Notes: generated by a model from the sequence alone, not told the origin. Counted from the first letter of the stretch, positions 1-9,629 are shown. The stretch is DNA of 64,000 nt from an uncultured bacterium (GCA_903892035.1 CAITGV010000002.1:1714-65713), one strand, 5' to 3'. Numbers and translations: made by a program.

Positions 1-118
1 CCAAAATTATTCTAGAGTCTCCAATGCTCACTTCAAGCGCATTCAAAACTGCAGGAACTGCTCCCTCAAATTCGACATCGATAACCGGCCCTATGATTGT
101 TTTTATTTTTCCTTGCAT
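1..118 (-). CDS. atpD: F1 ATP synthase beta subunit, N-terminus (runs off window)
   Basis: Manual translation from ATG at 118: MQGKIKTIIGPVIDVEFEGAVPAVLNALEV..., typical AtpD start; follows atpG in operon order. Confidence 0.93.
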   Translation of the reverse strand, partial: MQGKIKTIIGPVIDVEFEGAVPAVLNALEVSIGDSRIIL

Positions 119-221
119 AAATTTAACTACTTATTTTTTAATCGATTTGTGCTTGTATAGTATCGTAAAAATGGCTAATTTGCAAACAAAGAAATGGGTT
201 ACAAGTGTTAGGGCAAAGCCC

Positions 222-249
222 TTGACTTTTCCGCTATATATGATACACT
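222..249 (+). promoter_or_regulatory. Predicted sigma70 promoter of orphan gene 374..988
   Basis: TTGACT-N16-TACACT with TG extension. Confidence 0.5.
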
Positions 250-373
250 ACGTAAGAGGCCTAGATCTTTGAAATTAAATTTTAATTACCTAATATTATA
301 GAATTATTTTAGCGATTAAATGATTAATCTCTGAGATAATTCTATAATAAAAAATAAATTAAAATTAAAAAAA

Positions 374-988
374 ATGAAAAAGTTAAAATTAATTGTGATA
401 ATTATCACGCTATCTCTTTCGGTAACAGGGCAGAAAAGCAAAGTAGATTCTGCAAGAACAAAATTCAAGGTTTTGTTCGAACTTCAATTTAACACAGATT
501 CGTACAGAGGATGCGACGGATCACATATCCCATATAAAATATGGGATGAAAACAAAAATCGAAATTGGCTACATGAGCTTTTTTGTAAAAAAGAGTGCAA
601 TGTAAGCTGGAATCTTGAAAAGGACTCCAAATCACTTAAAAAAAGTACAAAGTACTTGCTTAAAATAATTGAGCCACAACAAGACATGACGTTTAGTGAG
701 TATTTTAGTGCTTTTAATGATGCCGGGTACTTATCTCTTGGTAAAGAGGGTATGGAGATTGCCATCCATGTTGGCTCAAAAGTCTTAATTGATTCATTAT
801 TACTCAAAGTGAATTCCAACTTCATTCAGAGTATTAAATTTCATCATGATAGGATATCTATTTCAGATTTATCAAGGATTTTCGAGGACTACCCTGCAAC
901 CTATTATGAGTCCGAAAGAAGAGTGGATATGAATGAGATTTACTTTGAAGGTGAGACAAAAAGATTTGTTGTATTTCAAAAATTATAA
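374..988 (+). CDS. Hypothetical secreted protein (orphan) between atpG and atpD
   Basis: 204 aa ORF, MKKLK + hydrophobic stretch (signal peptide), own promoter and downstream hairpin. Confidence 0.7.
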   Translation: MKKLKLIVIIITLSLSVTGQKSKVDSARTKFKVLFELQFNTDSYRGCDGSHIPYKIWDENKNRNWLHELFCKKECNVSWNLEKDSKSLKKSTKYLLKIIEPQQDMTFSEYFSAFNDAGYLSLGKEGMEIAIHVGSKVLIDSLLLKVNSNFIQSIKFHHDRISISDLSRIFEDYPATYYESERRVDMNEIYFEGETKRFVVFQKL

Positions 989-1001
989 CTTAAGGTTATT
1001 A

Positions 1002-1039
1002 AAAACGTCGGGAATGAAAATTATTCTTTCCGGCGTTTT
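1002..1039. terminator. Bidirectional hairpin between convergent orphan gene and atpG
   Basis: AAAACGTCGGGA...TTCCGGCGTTTT inverted repeat with A/T flanks. Confidence 0.6.
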
Positions 1040-1094
1040 ACTATACCTATTCGTGAACCATTTACTCTATTTTTACAATTGTACTTTTGCAAAG

Positions 1095-2051
1095 CTAGCT
1101 CACGCTTGCCATACCTGCTGATATTTCCGATATTTCTTGGGTGATTGATGACTGGCGGGCTTTGTTGAATACCAGTGTCAGGTCGTCGATCATCTCCCCT
1201 GCGGCCTCGGATGCATTCTTCATGGCGACCATGCGCGAGGAATGTTCGGAAGCGGTGGACTCGAGAAGCATTTGATAAAACTGCATTCGAGCTAGCTTCT
1301 CTACCAACACACTCATCAATATCTCATAATTTGGCTCAAAAGTATACTGCACCGACTTGGTAGTCGGAGTACCAATTGGTACTCCGACTACCAAGTCTTC
1401 AACCTTCATTTTATTTTTTTCTTCCCCTATCGTTTGTATAAATGAAGCTACTTCTGCACCACTTACTGGAAGAATTGGTCGTACTGTTGCGACTTGAGAA
1501 AGTGCAGAAACGAAATCGGTATATGCTATTGAAACACTACTATAATTTCCCTTTTTGAAAAGTTCCATTGCGTGATTTACGATTGGTAGAGCTTCTGTAA
1601 ATCCTGCAGTATCGCTGATATCGTTGAAAGATGCGACAATGTTTTGTCCAAGACGACGAAGAGCAACTTCACCTTTCTTGCCGACGGAAATGAAATCAAT
1701 TCCACTTTCCCCTAGGCCTTGCCTGTGGGAATTTTCTTTGATTATTGCAAAGACTTTTTTAATGACTTGGGAATTGTAAGCGCCACAAAGTCCACGGTTT
1801 GAAGTGACGAGAATTATCAAAGATTTTTCTGCATTATTATTTACTTTCAAAAGTGGATGATTACTTTCTTGTGCTTGTTGTGATAAAGAAGAAAGAACTT
1901 CCCATGAATATCTTGCGTACTCCCTTGAAGCAAGCGTCCTCGAAATAGCGCGCTTCATCTTCGAAGCTGCCACCAGCTCCATCGCCTTGGTGATCTTCTT
2001 CGTGCTCTTCACGCTCTTTATTCGTCTTTTTATTTCTTTCGTGGATGCCAT
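1095..2051 (-). CDS. atpG: F1 ATP synthase gamma subunit (with two palindromic in-frame insertions)
   Basis: IKRRIKSV..KITKAMELVAA, RGLCG, RMVAMKNA, RQSSITQEISEI motifs. Confidence 0.98.
   Translation of the reverse strand: MASTKEIKRRIKSVKSTKKITKAMELVAASKMKRAISRTLASREYARYSWEVLSSLSQQAQESNHPLLKVNNNAEKSLIILVTSNRGLCGAYNSQVIKKVFAIIKENSHRQGLGESGIDFISVGKKGEVALRRLGQNIVASFNDISDTAGFTEALPIVNHAMELFKKGNYSSVSIAYTDFVSALSQVATVRPILPVSGAEVASFIQTIGEEKNKMKVEDLVVGVPIGTPTTKSVQYTFEPNYEILMSVLVEKLARMQFYQMLLESTASEHSSRMVAMKNASEAAGEMIDDLTLVFNKARQSSITQEISEISAGMASVS
1354..1397. repeat. Perfect 44-bp palindrome: head-to-head REP doublet (REPIN-like), in-frame in atpG
   Basis: GACTTGGTAGTCGGAGTACCAA|TTGGTACTCCGACTACCAAGTC; arms match the hairpins in and around the RAYT gene. 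Confidence 0.93.
1707..1731. repeat. Imperfect 25-bp hairpin in-frame in atpG (second REP-like family)
   Basis: TTCCC-C-TAGGC-CTT-GCCTG-T-GGGAA; encodes SHRQGLGE in a variable loop. Confidence 0.55.
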
Positions 2052-2058
2052 AAATTAA

Positions 2059-3561
2059 CTAAACAAACATTTTTTTGAAATCAGCTATCGCGGTCTTGAT
2101 TTCTGCTTCCCCGTCGTCTTCCCAAATGCGCTTTTCGCGGACTTGCTTCATAAAGGTCTTGGCGTTGTTTTCGGCATATTCGATGAGGCCTGTTTCAAAT
2201 TCGGAAATCTTTGTGACGGCTATGTCATCCAAATAGCCTTTGACGAGAGCGTAGAGCGCGACGACTTGGTGTTCGACAACGACGGGAGAGTATTGAGGCT
2301 GTTTGAGAAGCTCGACTGCTCGGCGACCACGTTCGATGGTAGCTTTGGTAGCTTCATCGAGGTCCGAACCGAATTGTGAGAAAGCTTCGAGTTCGCGGAA
2401 TTGCGCAAGGTCGAGTTTCAAAGTACCAGCAACTTTTTTCATAGCTTTGATTTGGCAAGTACCACCCACGCGTGATACAGAAAATCCGACGTTGATGGCA
2501 GGACGAATACCTTTGTAGAACAAATCAGTTTCTAGGAAAATTTGTCCGTCAGTAATGGAGATGACGTTTGTCGGAATGTAAGCAGAAATATCTCCAGCTT
2601 GAGTTTCAATAATTGGAAGTGCTGTAATAGAACCACCACCGTAGTCTTTGTTCTTGCGACAAGCACGTTCAAGAAGACGTGAGTGTAAATAGAAAACATC
2701 TCCAGGATATGCTTCACGACCTGGTGGACGACGAAGAAGAAGAGAAATTTCACGGTAAGCGACAGCGTGTTTGGAAAGATCATCGTAAATAATTAGCACG
2801 TCCTCACCTTTGTCCATAAAATATTCAGCAATAGCGACGCCAGTGTAAGGGGCAATATATGCAAGAGCTGAAGGGTCAGAAGCGCCAGCAGAAACGATAG
2901 TGGTGTATTCCATAGCTCCACCTTCGCGTAGACGTGTTTCTATTTTGCGAAGTTTAGAATCTTTTTGACCAATAGCAACGTAAACACACTTCATATTTTG
3001 ACCTTTTTGATTGAGGATTGCGTCGATAGCAATAGCAGTCTTACCAGTCTGACGGTCGCCGATTATGAGCTCGCGTTGTCCGCGACCGATTGGTACAAGA
3101 GCGTCGATTGCTTTGATACCAGTCTGCACTGGTTGGTCAACACCTTGGCGAGTAATAACACCAGATGCAACACGCTCAACAGGATACATTGCAGATGACT
3201 TGATAGCACCAGCACCGTCGATTGGTAGAGCAAGAGCATTTACGACACGACCGATGAGGGCTTCACCCACGCCGACTTCAAGAATTTTTCCTGTAGCTTT
3301 GACTTCATCACCTTCTTTAATATTGTTGTATTCACCAAGCACGATAATGCCAACAAAATCTTCTTCAAGGTTGAGCGCAACGCCCGTGACACCGTTTGGA
3401 AAAGTCACCATTTCTGATGATTTGATATCAGACAGACCTGAGACACGAACGATGCCGTCGAAGACTTCGGTCACGACACCGACTTTTTGTACAGAAGAAG
3501 TCTTTTTAAAATTTGCAATTTCTTTTTTTAAATTTTCTATAACTAAGTTTCTTGTATTCAT
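2059..3561 (-). CDS. atpA: F1 ATP synthase alpha subunit
   Basis: GDRQTGKT Walker [29 protein letters not shown]. Confidence 0.99.
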   Translation of the reverse strand: MNTRNLVIENLKKEIANFKKTSSVQKVGVVTEVFDGIVRVSGLSDIKSSEMVTFPNGVTGVALNLEEDFVGIIVLGEYNNIKEGDEVKATGKILEVGVGEALIGRVVNALALPIDGAGAIKSSAMYPVERVASGVITRQGVDQPVQTGIKAIDALVPIGRGQRELIIGDRQTGKTAIAIDAILNQKGQNMKCVYVAIGQKDSKLRKIETRLREGGAMEYTTIVSAGASDPSALAYIAPYTGVAIAEYFMDKGEDVLIIYDDLSKHAVAYREISLLLRRPPGREAYPGDVFYLHSRLLERACRKNKDYGGGSITALPIIETQAGDISAYIPTNVISITDGQIFLETDLFYKGIRPAINVGFSVSRVGGTCQIKAMKKVAGTLKLDLAQFRELEAFSQFGSDLDEATKATIERGRRAVELLKQPQYSPVVVEHQVVALYALVKGYLDDIAVTKISEFETGLIEYAENNAKTFMKQVREKRIWEDDGEAEIKTAIADFKKMFV

Positions 3562-3566
3562 AAATT

Positions 3567-3971
3567 TTATCCTATTAATGCTTGGCGTAATGATTCTAAT
3601 TTTGCTTTAACCGACCCATCGTATACCTCATCCCCTATTTTAATTTTAAATCCCGCTATTAATCTTTGGTCTAAAAATTCGAGGATATGAGCTTCTTTAA
3701 CTTTGTATCTTTGCTTTAGAGATTCTCTCAAGTGACTTTTTGTATTTTCATTCATCCGATCTTGACTCCATACTTGTGCCTCCACGATGCTATGTTTTTT
3801 GTCGTAAAGTTTACGATAATTTTCCATTATTTGTGGAATTTGTCGCAACATTTTTTTACTTTTTAAATAAAGAGCAAATTCTTTTACAGTTTTTTTTAAC
3901 ATAGCTTCATCGAGCTTGTCTGTGCTATCAAGTAGTATTTCTGCTAAATGTTTTGAGCTAACTCTTTGCAT
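3567..3971 (-). CDS. atpH: ATP synthase delta subunit (short form)
   Basis: Position between atpF and atpA; C-terminal [22 protein letters not shown] motif. Confidence 0.9.
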   Translation of the reverse strand: MQRVSSKHLAEILLDSTDKLDEAMLKKTVKEFALYLKSKKMLRQIPQIMENYRKLYDKKHSIVEAQVWSQDRMNENTKSHLRESLKQRYKVKEAHILEFLDQRLIAGFKIKIGDEVYDGSVKAKLESLRQALIG

Positions 3972-3974
3972 ATA

Positions 3975-4475
3975 TTAGGACTTTAATTTCTTAATATTCT
4001 CTTCAACTATTGCACGATTTATACTTGGAGTCGTATTTTCTTCCAATACTTTTGTAACAACTCGCAAAACTAGATCAGCCACCTCCTTTTCTGCATCTTT
4101 AAGCATTGCATCTTTTTCAGCAAGCATGTCTTTTGTACCTTTTACTCTGTATTCTTCTACTAAAGTCTTTATTTCTGCCATAGACTTTTCTTTTTGTTTT
4201 TCCATATCTTTTGCAAGAGCTTTTTTTGAATCATTTGCTATCACAAGGACTTCTTTGTGGGTATTCGCCAAAATTTCTTGTGCATCTTCAAGAATTTTTT
4301 TCTGCATCTTCGCGTCCTCAAGTCCTCCAGCAATTGTGTCTCTGCGTTCGTCCATAAGTTTGCGAAGAGGTTTGAATGCAGCAAGGTAAAGTACAGCAAA
4401 AACTATCACAAAGTTGATCGCTTGTGCTACTATTGCGTGCCATTCTATGTGAAATGTGGAAATAAGTGCGTCCAT
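3975..4475 (-). CDS. atpF: ATP synthase Fo subunit b
   Basis: QAINF TM anchor, KPL..MDERR, coiled coil. Confidence 0.95.
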   Translation of the reverse strand: MDALISTFHIEWHAIVAQAINFVIVFAVLYLAAFKPLRKLMDERRDTIAGGLEDAKMQKKILEDAQEILANTHKEVLVIANDSKKALAKDMEKQKEKSMAEIKTLVEEYRVKGTKDMLAEKDAMLKDAEKEVADLVLRVVTKVLEENTTPSINRAIVEENIKKLKS

Positions 4476-4524
4476 GTAATTAGTTAAAAGTTAAAAGTAA
4501 AAAAGTTATAAAGCAAATCATTAC

Positions 4525-4800
<276 letters not shown>

Positions 4801-4862
4801 TTACTAATAAATTTCTAATTGCTAATATCTAATGTCTAAATGAAATGCGTATTTTTTAGAAA

Positions 4863-5732
4863 TTAGGTATTGGTCATTAGAACTTTTTCATGCTCTTCAT
4901 CGTGCGCATCGTGATCTTGCGCTGCGATTGTAAAGTAAACCAAAACAAGCATTGAAAAAATTAAAGCCTGAATCACTCCCACTAAAATTTCTAGGAACAT
5001 AAATGGTACAGGCAGACCATATGAAAATATTGCTCCCATTGAAAGCAAGAGAACTTCTCCTGCAAAAACGTTTCCAAAAAGACGAAACGAGAGTGATGCA
5101 ATTTTTGCGAATTCACCAATGAGCTCTAGTATTCCCACAAAAAAAGTAATTGGGGCTATTAGAAGCACAGTTGGTTCTTTTTTAATTTTGCCTGGAATAC
5201 TTCCAAGCGCCTTTAGATTAACATATTTATTGAAAACTTTCCACAGGCCTATTGCTATAATTCCAAAAATATTTGAACCTATTACTGCAATGACCGCAAG
5301 AGCAAGAGTGGTATTTATATCGGCTGTACCTGAACGCAAAAATGGCACAAAAGCTGTACCTTCGGGTGTGTGAGTAAGAATTCCAAAACCACCAAGTGGC
5401 AGTATGCCCAACCAGTTATTTATTAATACAAAAAAGAAAACAGTGATAGCAAGCGGAAAAACTTTTTCTGTAACTTTTCTACTTCCTGTGACTTGGTCTG
5501 CAAGATTTAGTGCGCCGTCGATCACAACTTCAAAAATATTTTGTAGCATTCCAGGAACTTTTTTCAAACTTCTACGTAGACTTATAGAAAGAATTGCAAT
5601 GATGATGACTACTACCCAGCTTGTGAGTAATGCATTTGTAATTTGAAAGCCATGAAAATTTGCAATTGGCTCTGCAAAAAGAGTTGAATCGTGGATTATT
5701 GCAGTATTATTTTGTGTCACTTGATTGTTCAT
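4863..5732 (-). CDS. atpB: ATP synthase Fo subunit a
   Basis: TADINTTLALA, SLSFRLFGN, VGVIQALIF motifs. Confidence 0.98.
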   Translation of the reverse strand: MNNQVTQNNTAIIHDSTLFAEPIANFHGFQITNALLTSWVVVIIIAILSISLRRSLKKVPGMLQNIFEVVIDGALNLADQVTGSRKVTEKVFPLAITVFFFVLINNWLGILPLGGFGILTHTPEGTAFVPFLRSGTADINTTLALAVIAVIGSNIFGIIAIGLWKVFNKYVNLKALGSIPGKIKKEPTVLLIAPITFFVGILELIGEFAKIASLSFRLFGNVFAGEVLLLSMGAIFSYGLPVPFMFLEILVGVIQALIFSMLVLVYFTIAAQDHDAHDEEHEKVLMTNT

Positions 5733-5964
5733 TTGATTTAATATTATTTAAACTTTTTTTCGCTTCACGAATTATGCCGTATATTGAAATACCAAATGCG
5801 ATGCCTGTCATGCCGATAAAAATAAAAGGTGCTGTGTGAAATTTACTATCCAACCATCTTCCTAAAAAAAGCGAAACTAAAACTGGACCCGCAACCCAGC
5901 CTGACATTTTTCCAAATACCATCATTGGTTCTTGCCAGTAAGGTTTTTTTATATCATTTTTCAT
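5707..5964 (-). CDS. AtpZ/AtpI-family small membrane protein (start reassigned to ATG 5964)
   Basis: MKNDIKKPYW...LGRWLDSKFHTAP..., two TM helices, first gene of atp operon; the longer ORF would overlap the tRNA. Confidence 0.8.
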   Translation of the reverse strand: MKNDIKKPYWQEPMMVFGKMSGWVAGPVLVSLFLGRWLDSKFHTAPFIFIGMTGIAFGISIYGIIREAKKSLNNIKSNEQSSDTK

Positions 5965-6053
5965 AAAATGTGTTTGTGGATGGAATTGGACATTGACCGA
6001 TGTCTTATAAACTGGAGCGAATTCAAATATAAATAAAGCTATTCCGCCCTGTG

Positions 6054-6125
6054 TGAGCGTGGATGGAATCGGACCATCGACCTCTGTCTTATCAGGACAG
6101 CGTTCTACCACTGAACTACACGCTC
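6054..6125 (-). tRNA. tRNA-Ile (anticodon GAT), CCA not encoded
   Basis: Cloverleaf: GAGCGTG/CACGCTC acceptor, GTTC/GAAC D-arm, CTGTC-CTGATAA-GACAG anticodon arm, GATGG-TCCGATT-CCATC T-arm. Confidence 0.95.
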
Positions 6126-6162
6126 ACACAGGAAATAATTGATGCTTTATTTTTATTATGAA

Positions 6163-6226
6163 TGAACGAACAGTTTATATTGTACCCGTTATATCAGCGA
6201 CTCGTTCTACCAAAAACTACACGCTC
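6163..6226 (-). pseudogene. Decayed tandem copy of tRNA-Ile
   Basis: GAGCGTGTAGTTTTTGGTAGAACG...CTGATAT matches the 5' half of the adjacent tRNA; anticodon stem and T-arm destroyed. Confidence 0.7.
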
Positions 6227-6302
6227 AAATTTTGTGTTAAAACAAAATGCCGTCCTCCTAGGACACGCCGATACTATACCAAAAATACGCTCTATATGCA
6301 AC

Positions 6303-6330
6303 AAAAAACACCCCGTTGGGAGTGTTTTTT
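6303..6330 (-). terminator. Intrinsic terminator after RRM gene
   Basis: AAAAAACACCCC-GTT-GGGAGTGTTTTTT. Confidence 0.7.
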
Positions 6331-6355
6331 GTTTTTAAAATTTAAGAGAAAGTTC

Positions 6356-6676
6356 TTAGTAAGAACGGCCTCCTCCATTTCCACCACGATTGAAACCACC
6401 ATTTCCGCCTTGGCGTGGAGGGCGAGCTTCCATTGGGCGAGCTTCATTAACTGTAAGGTTTCTTCCACCGAAGTCCTGACCGTTAAATGATGAGATTGCT
6501 TTATCAGCATCACCGTCGTTTTCCATTTCGACGAATCCGAAGCCTTTTGAGCGTCCAGACATCTTATCCATGATAATTGTTGCTGAAGCAACCGCACCTG
6601 CTTGCTCAAAATGTGCCTTGAGCTCGGCGTCTGTGGTGCTGTAAGGCAAACCACCGACATATAACTTCTTTGCCAT
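6356..6676 (-). CDS. RRM-domain RNA-binding protein with Gly-rich tail
   Basis: KLYVGGL (RNP2), SKGFGFVEM (RNP1), VNEARP, RGG-rich C-terminus; start at MAKKLY. Confidence 0.95.
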   Translation of the reverse strand: MAKKLYVGGLPYSTTDAELKAHFEQAGAVASATIIMDKMSGRSKGFGFVEMENDGDADKAISSFNGQDFGGRNLTVNEARPMEARPPRQGGNGGFNRGGNGGGRSY

Positions 6677-6865
6677 AAATGACAATGTGACTCACGGATA
6701 GTTACTAAAAAAATACCAATCCGCAAAAATAACTAATCCCGACCTAGAAAAAATTTCTCGTCGGGATTCCGACACAAGGTCGGAACTAATAATGCAGTTC
6801 TTTTCAAAACCACTTCAAAGGATTATATCATATTTTTTAATATATAGCAATTGGGTGTGGAAAAC

Positions 6866-7846
6866 CTATTCTTCGTCTTCTGCCTCCCCCACAGTTCCCT
6901 CTTGTATCGTATCGATAATGCGGTCTAGTTCACCACGCATAATAGCTGGAATGTTTGACCAAGATTGTTTGATGCGGTGATCTGTGACGCGGTCTTGAGG
7001 AAAATTGTACGTACGAATTTTCTCACTTCTGTCCCCTGTCCCAACCTGACCCTTGCGGTCTGCAGAATATTTTTTTGCTTCCTCCTCTTCTTTCATCGCT
7101 TGGATTTTTGCAGTCAAAATCATCATCGCTTTTTCACGATTTGCAAGCTGACTTCTTTCGCTTGTACAACGCACGTCGAGACCGGTCGGTTTGTGAATAA
7201 GGCGAACAGCAGTTTCAACTTTGTTCACGTTTTGCCCTCCTGCTCCACCAGAGCGAGAATATTCCATTTCAAGATCTACAGGATTAATTTCAAATGCAAC
7301 TTTTTTTCGCATTGGAAGCACTGCAACTGTCGCAGTTGATGTGTGAATTCTTCCATTTTTTTCTGTTATTGGTACGCGTTGAACTCTATGAACGCCAGTT
7401 TCAAAACGTAATAATTTGTAAACATCTTTACCTTTTATTTCAAATGAAGCTTCTTTGTATCCGCCTGCTTCACTTTTTGATTCGTAATTTGTTTTCCAAT
7501 TCCAACCACGGTTTTCAGAATATTTTTGATACATTTCTCCAAGTTGCCATGCGAAAAGTGAGGCTTCGTCGCCACCCGCACCTGCTCGTACTTCCATGAT
7601 TACTTCATTTGGAAATTCCTCTTCTTCCTTTTCAGATTTTTCAATCGCTGTAAGCTGAGATTCTATGCCGTGTTTTTGAGTTTCAATATTTGCCAATTCT
7701 TCGGCTGCCATGTCATGAAGAGTTCCGTCGCTTTCGAGCATATTTCGGACCTCTTCTTCTTCACGCAAAAGCTTCTCATAACTTTCAGCAAGGTACGAGG
7801 TCTTATGATTCTTTTTTAATTCTGGGAGTCGGTCAATTAATGACAT
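6866..7846 (-). CDS. prfA: Peptide chain release factor 1 (start reassigned to ATG 7846)
   Basis: GGQ motif, PxT (VPIT) RF1 signature, [20 protein letters not shown]. Confidence 0.96.
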   Translation of the reverse strand: MSLIDRLPELKKNHKTSYLAESYEKLLREEEEVRNMLESDGTLHDMAAEELANIETQKHGIESQLTAIEKSEKEEEEFPNEVIMEVRAGAGGDEASLFAWQLGEMYQKYSENRGWNWKTNYESKSEAGGYKEASFEIKGKDVYKLLRFETGVHRVQRVPITEKNGRIHTSTATVAVLPMRKKVAFEINPVDLEMEYSRSGGAGGQNVNKVETAVRLIHKPTGLDVRCTSERSQLANREKAMMILTAKIQAMKEEEEAKKYSADRKGQVGTGDRSEKIRTYNFPQDRVTDHRIKQSWSNIPAIMRGELDRIIDTIQEGTVGEAEDEE

Positions 7847-7852
7847 AAAATG

Positions 7853-7947
7853 ATTATACCACCCCACTCGACTGTTGTCGTAGCAACAATCCTCAATGAC
7901 CACATTGACCTACTGGGTAAATACAGGAGGGGTTGGGGTGGTATAAT
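7853..7947. repeat. 95-bp element with 14-bp perfect terminal inverted repeats (MITE/REPIN-like)
   Basis: ATTATACCACCCCA (7853-7866) / TGGGGTGGTATAAT (7934-7947). Confidence 0.75.
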
Positions 7948-7959
7948 AAATATATTTAT

Positions 7960-8181
7960 TTACTTTGCTTTTTTAGCAGCTGAAGCAGCGGTACGCTTTT
8001 TGAATTTATCTACGCGTCCAGCAGTATCGAGAAGATTTTCTTTTCCAGTATAAAAAGGGTGACATTGACTACAGATTTCAACTTTGATTTCTGGCATTGT
8101 TGAGCCAACTTCAAATACAGTTCCACAAGCGCAAGTCGCCTTGGTTGTTGCAGAAAATTTTGGATGTATATCTTTTTTCAT
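7960..8181 (-). CDS. rpmE: 50S ribosomal protein L31 (Zn-binding form)
   Basis: [28 protein letters not shown]. Confidence 0.97.
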   Translation of the reverse strand: MKKDIHPKFSATTKATCACGTVFEVGSTMPEIKVEICSQCHPFYTGKENLLDTAGRVDKFKKRTAASAAKKAK

Positions 8182-8219
8182 ATTTAGCGAGTTTAGCACA
8201 CAATTACAATCTTTGCAAA

Positions 8220-9602
8220 TTAGCGTTTTGAAACCCCATATTGCTTCAAATAATCAATATCACCCTGTAGTCTTGACTTAAGTCCCATTACTGAACGTCC
8301 ATATGAGCAGGTTGAACCTCCACTTCCGTAGTATTTGCAAGCTGCTCTAATTTGCCCAGAATATGAATCGCCGATTGCCCCTAGGTCTGTGAGATATATA
8401 GCTGAAGCCATAAAAGCATGAGATGCAGCCCAAGGATTTGTGGCAGGAACTCCTAGTAGATTTTGTAGTCTATCGTCAATACTCTTCCACGTAGATGGAA
8501 TAAACTGAGCAGGACCCATTGCTCCACCATAACCTTTTACACCGGCAATAGGACAGGACACAGCTGTTTTTAGTGGATCAAGACCAAGTGCACTTGTGAT
8601 ATTTAGAAATATTGGTACATCACGATTTGGCGCCATAAGATTTGACCAAGATTTACCAGTTTTAATATTTACACCATATCCCGATTTTGTATCAGAAAGA
8701 TAACATTGACCGACATTTTGGCCAATGCCACTTTCTTGAGTAAGAATTGCAAGTAGAAATGCAGGGTCAATGCTAGTTTTCGCTTGAGCATTTTGAGCAT
8801 AAGCTAAAGCGTCTTCGAATTTAATCGCTCCTGTACCACCAGCAAGTTGGAATAGTCGTGCTTTGATTTGGTCCGCGCGAGCCTTCTTTTCTGCAGCAAG
8901 AGCTTTATAATCTCCTTCTTTTTTCTGGCTAAGATTTAATAATTGTTTTTTATCAGCTTCATTTTGAGCAACTTGTTTGGTCGCAGATTCAAGTTGAGCT
9001 TTTGCATCAAGCTCTTTGTTTTGCTGAGTCTCAAGTGATTTTTTCTGTACTTCTGTTTGATTTTTTATTCCATGAATTGTATCAATAGATTTTTTTATGG
9101 AATTGTTTACTGACTGAAAAGAATTTGAATCTGCGTAAAATTCTGACAGTGTTTTGTCAGAAAGAATCAAATGAGTAATTGAAGAATTATCATTTTCATT
9201 TGTCTTGCGAAGAATTTGTGAAAGTGATTCATGTTCACGGTCAATTTTTTCTGAAAGTGTTTCAATAGTAAGAACTTTATTTGTGATATCAGCTTTCAAT
9301 TGAGCAATAGCAATTCCACGAGCTTTGATTTTCGTTTTTAGAGCATTTATTTGGCCGGTGAGGTTTGCTACGTCCCCTTTAAGTGTTCCAGTTTGTGCTT
9401 GTTGTGCTTGAAGCTGGCTATTTAAAGTAGCCAATTCTTGATTGAGTTGATTTAATTCATTTGTACAAAATGCTTTTTGATCAGGAGTAGAATTTTGAGT
9501 AAGGGTCAAACAGTCAAAATCAGCCGATACTTTTGGAGTAAAAGTCAGACAAGAAAACAGTATTACTATAATAAGAAACATACCGAAACAACGTTTCAAC
9601 AT
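8220..9602 (-). CDS. Secreted coiled-coil protein with C-terminal lytic transglycosylase (SLT-like) domain
   Basis: Signal peptide, long coiled coil, AILTQES catalytic Glu, [13 protein letters not shown]. Confidence 0.88.
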   Translation of the reverse strand: MLKRCFGMFLIIVILFSCLTFTPKVSADFDCLTLTQNSTPDQKAFCTNELNQLNQELATLNSQLQAQQAQTGTLKGDVANLTGQINALKTKIKARGIAIAQLKADITNKVLTIETLSEKIDREHESLSQILRKTNENDNSSITHLILSDKTLSEFYADSNSFQSVNNSIKKSIDTIHGIKNQTEVQKKSLETQQNKELDAKAQLESATKQVAQNEADKKQLLNLSQKKEGDYKALAAEKKARADQIKARLFQLAGGTGAIKFEDALAYAQNAQAKTSIDPAFLLAILTQESGIGQNVGQCYLSDTKSGYGVNIKTGKSWSNLMAPNRDVPIFLNITSALGLDPLKTAVSCPIAGVKGYGGAMGPAQFIPSTWKSIDDRLQNLLGVPATNPWAASHAFMASAIYLTDLGAIGDSYSGQIRAACKYYGSGGSTCSYGRSVMGLKSRLQGDIDYLKQYGVSKR

Positions 9603-9629
9603 ATATTTATTATATCATATATGTATTTG

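Noticed and set aside
24-272. 82-aa plus-strand ORF
   Set aside because: Antisense shadow of the atpD N-terminus and promoter region
3065-3610. 181-aa antisense ORF and similar shadow ORFs over atpA, gap, dnaK, rpoA and the giant genes
   Set aside because: Opposite strand of well-conserved genes, no motifs; expected from codon bias
5965-6111. N-terminal extension of ORF 5707..6111
   Set aside because: Overlaps tRNA-Ile; real start is likely ATG 5964
6158-6726. ORFs 6158..6490 (+) and 6292..6726 (-)
   Set aside because: Alternative frames over the RRM gene, terminator and tRNA remnant
7847-7903. N-terminal extension of prfA
   Set aside because: Falls inside the inverted-repeat element; ATG 7846 has a -10 box 6 nt upstream
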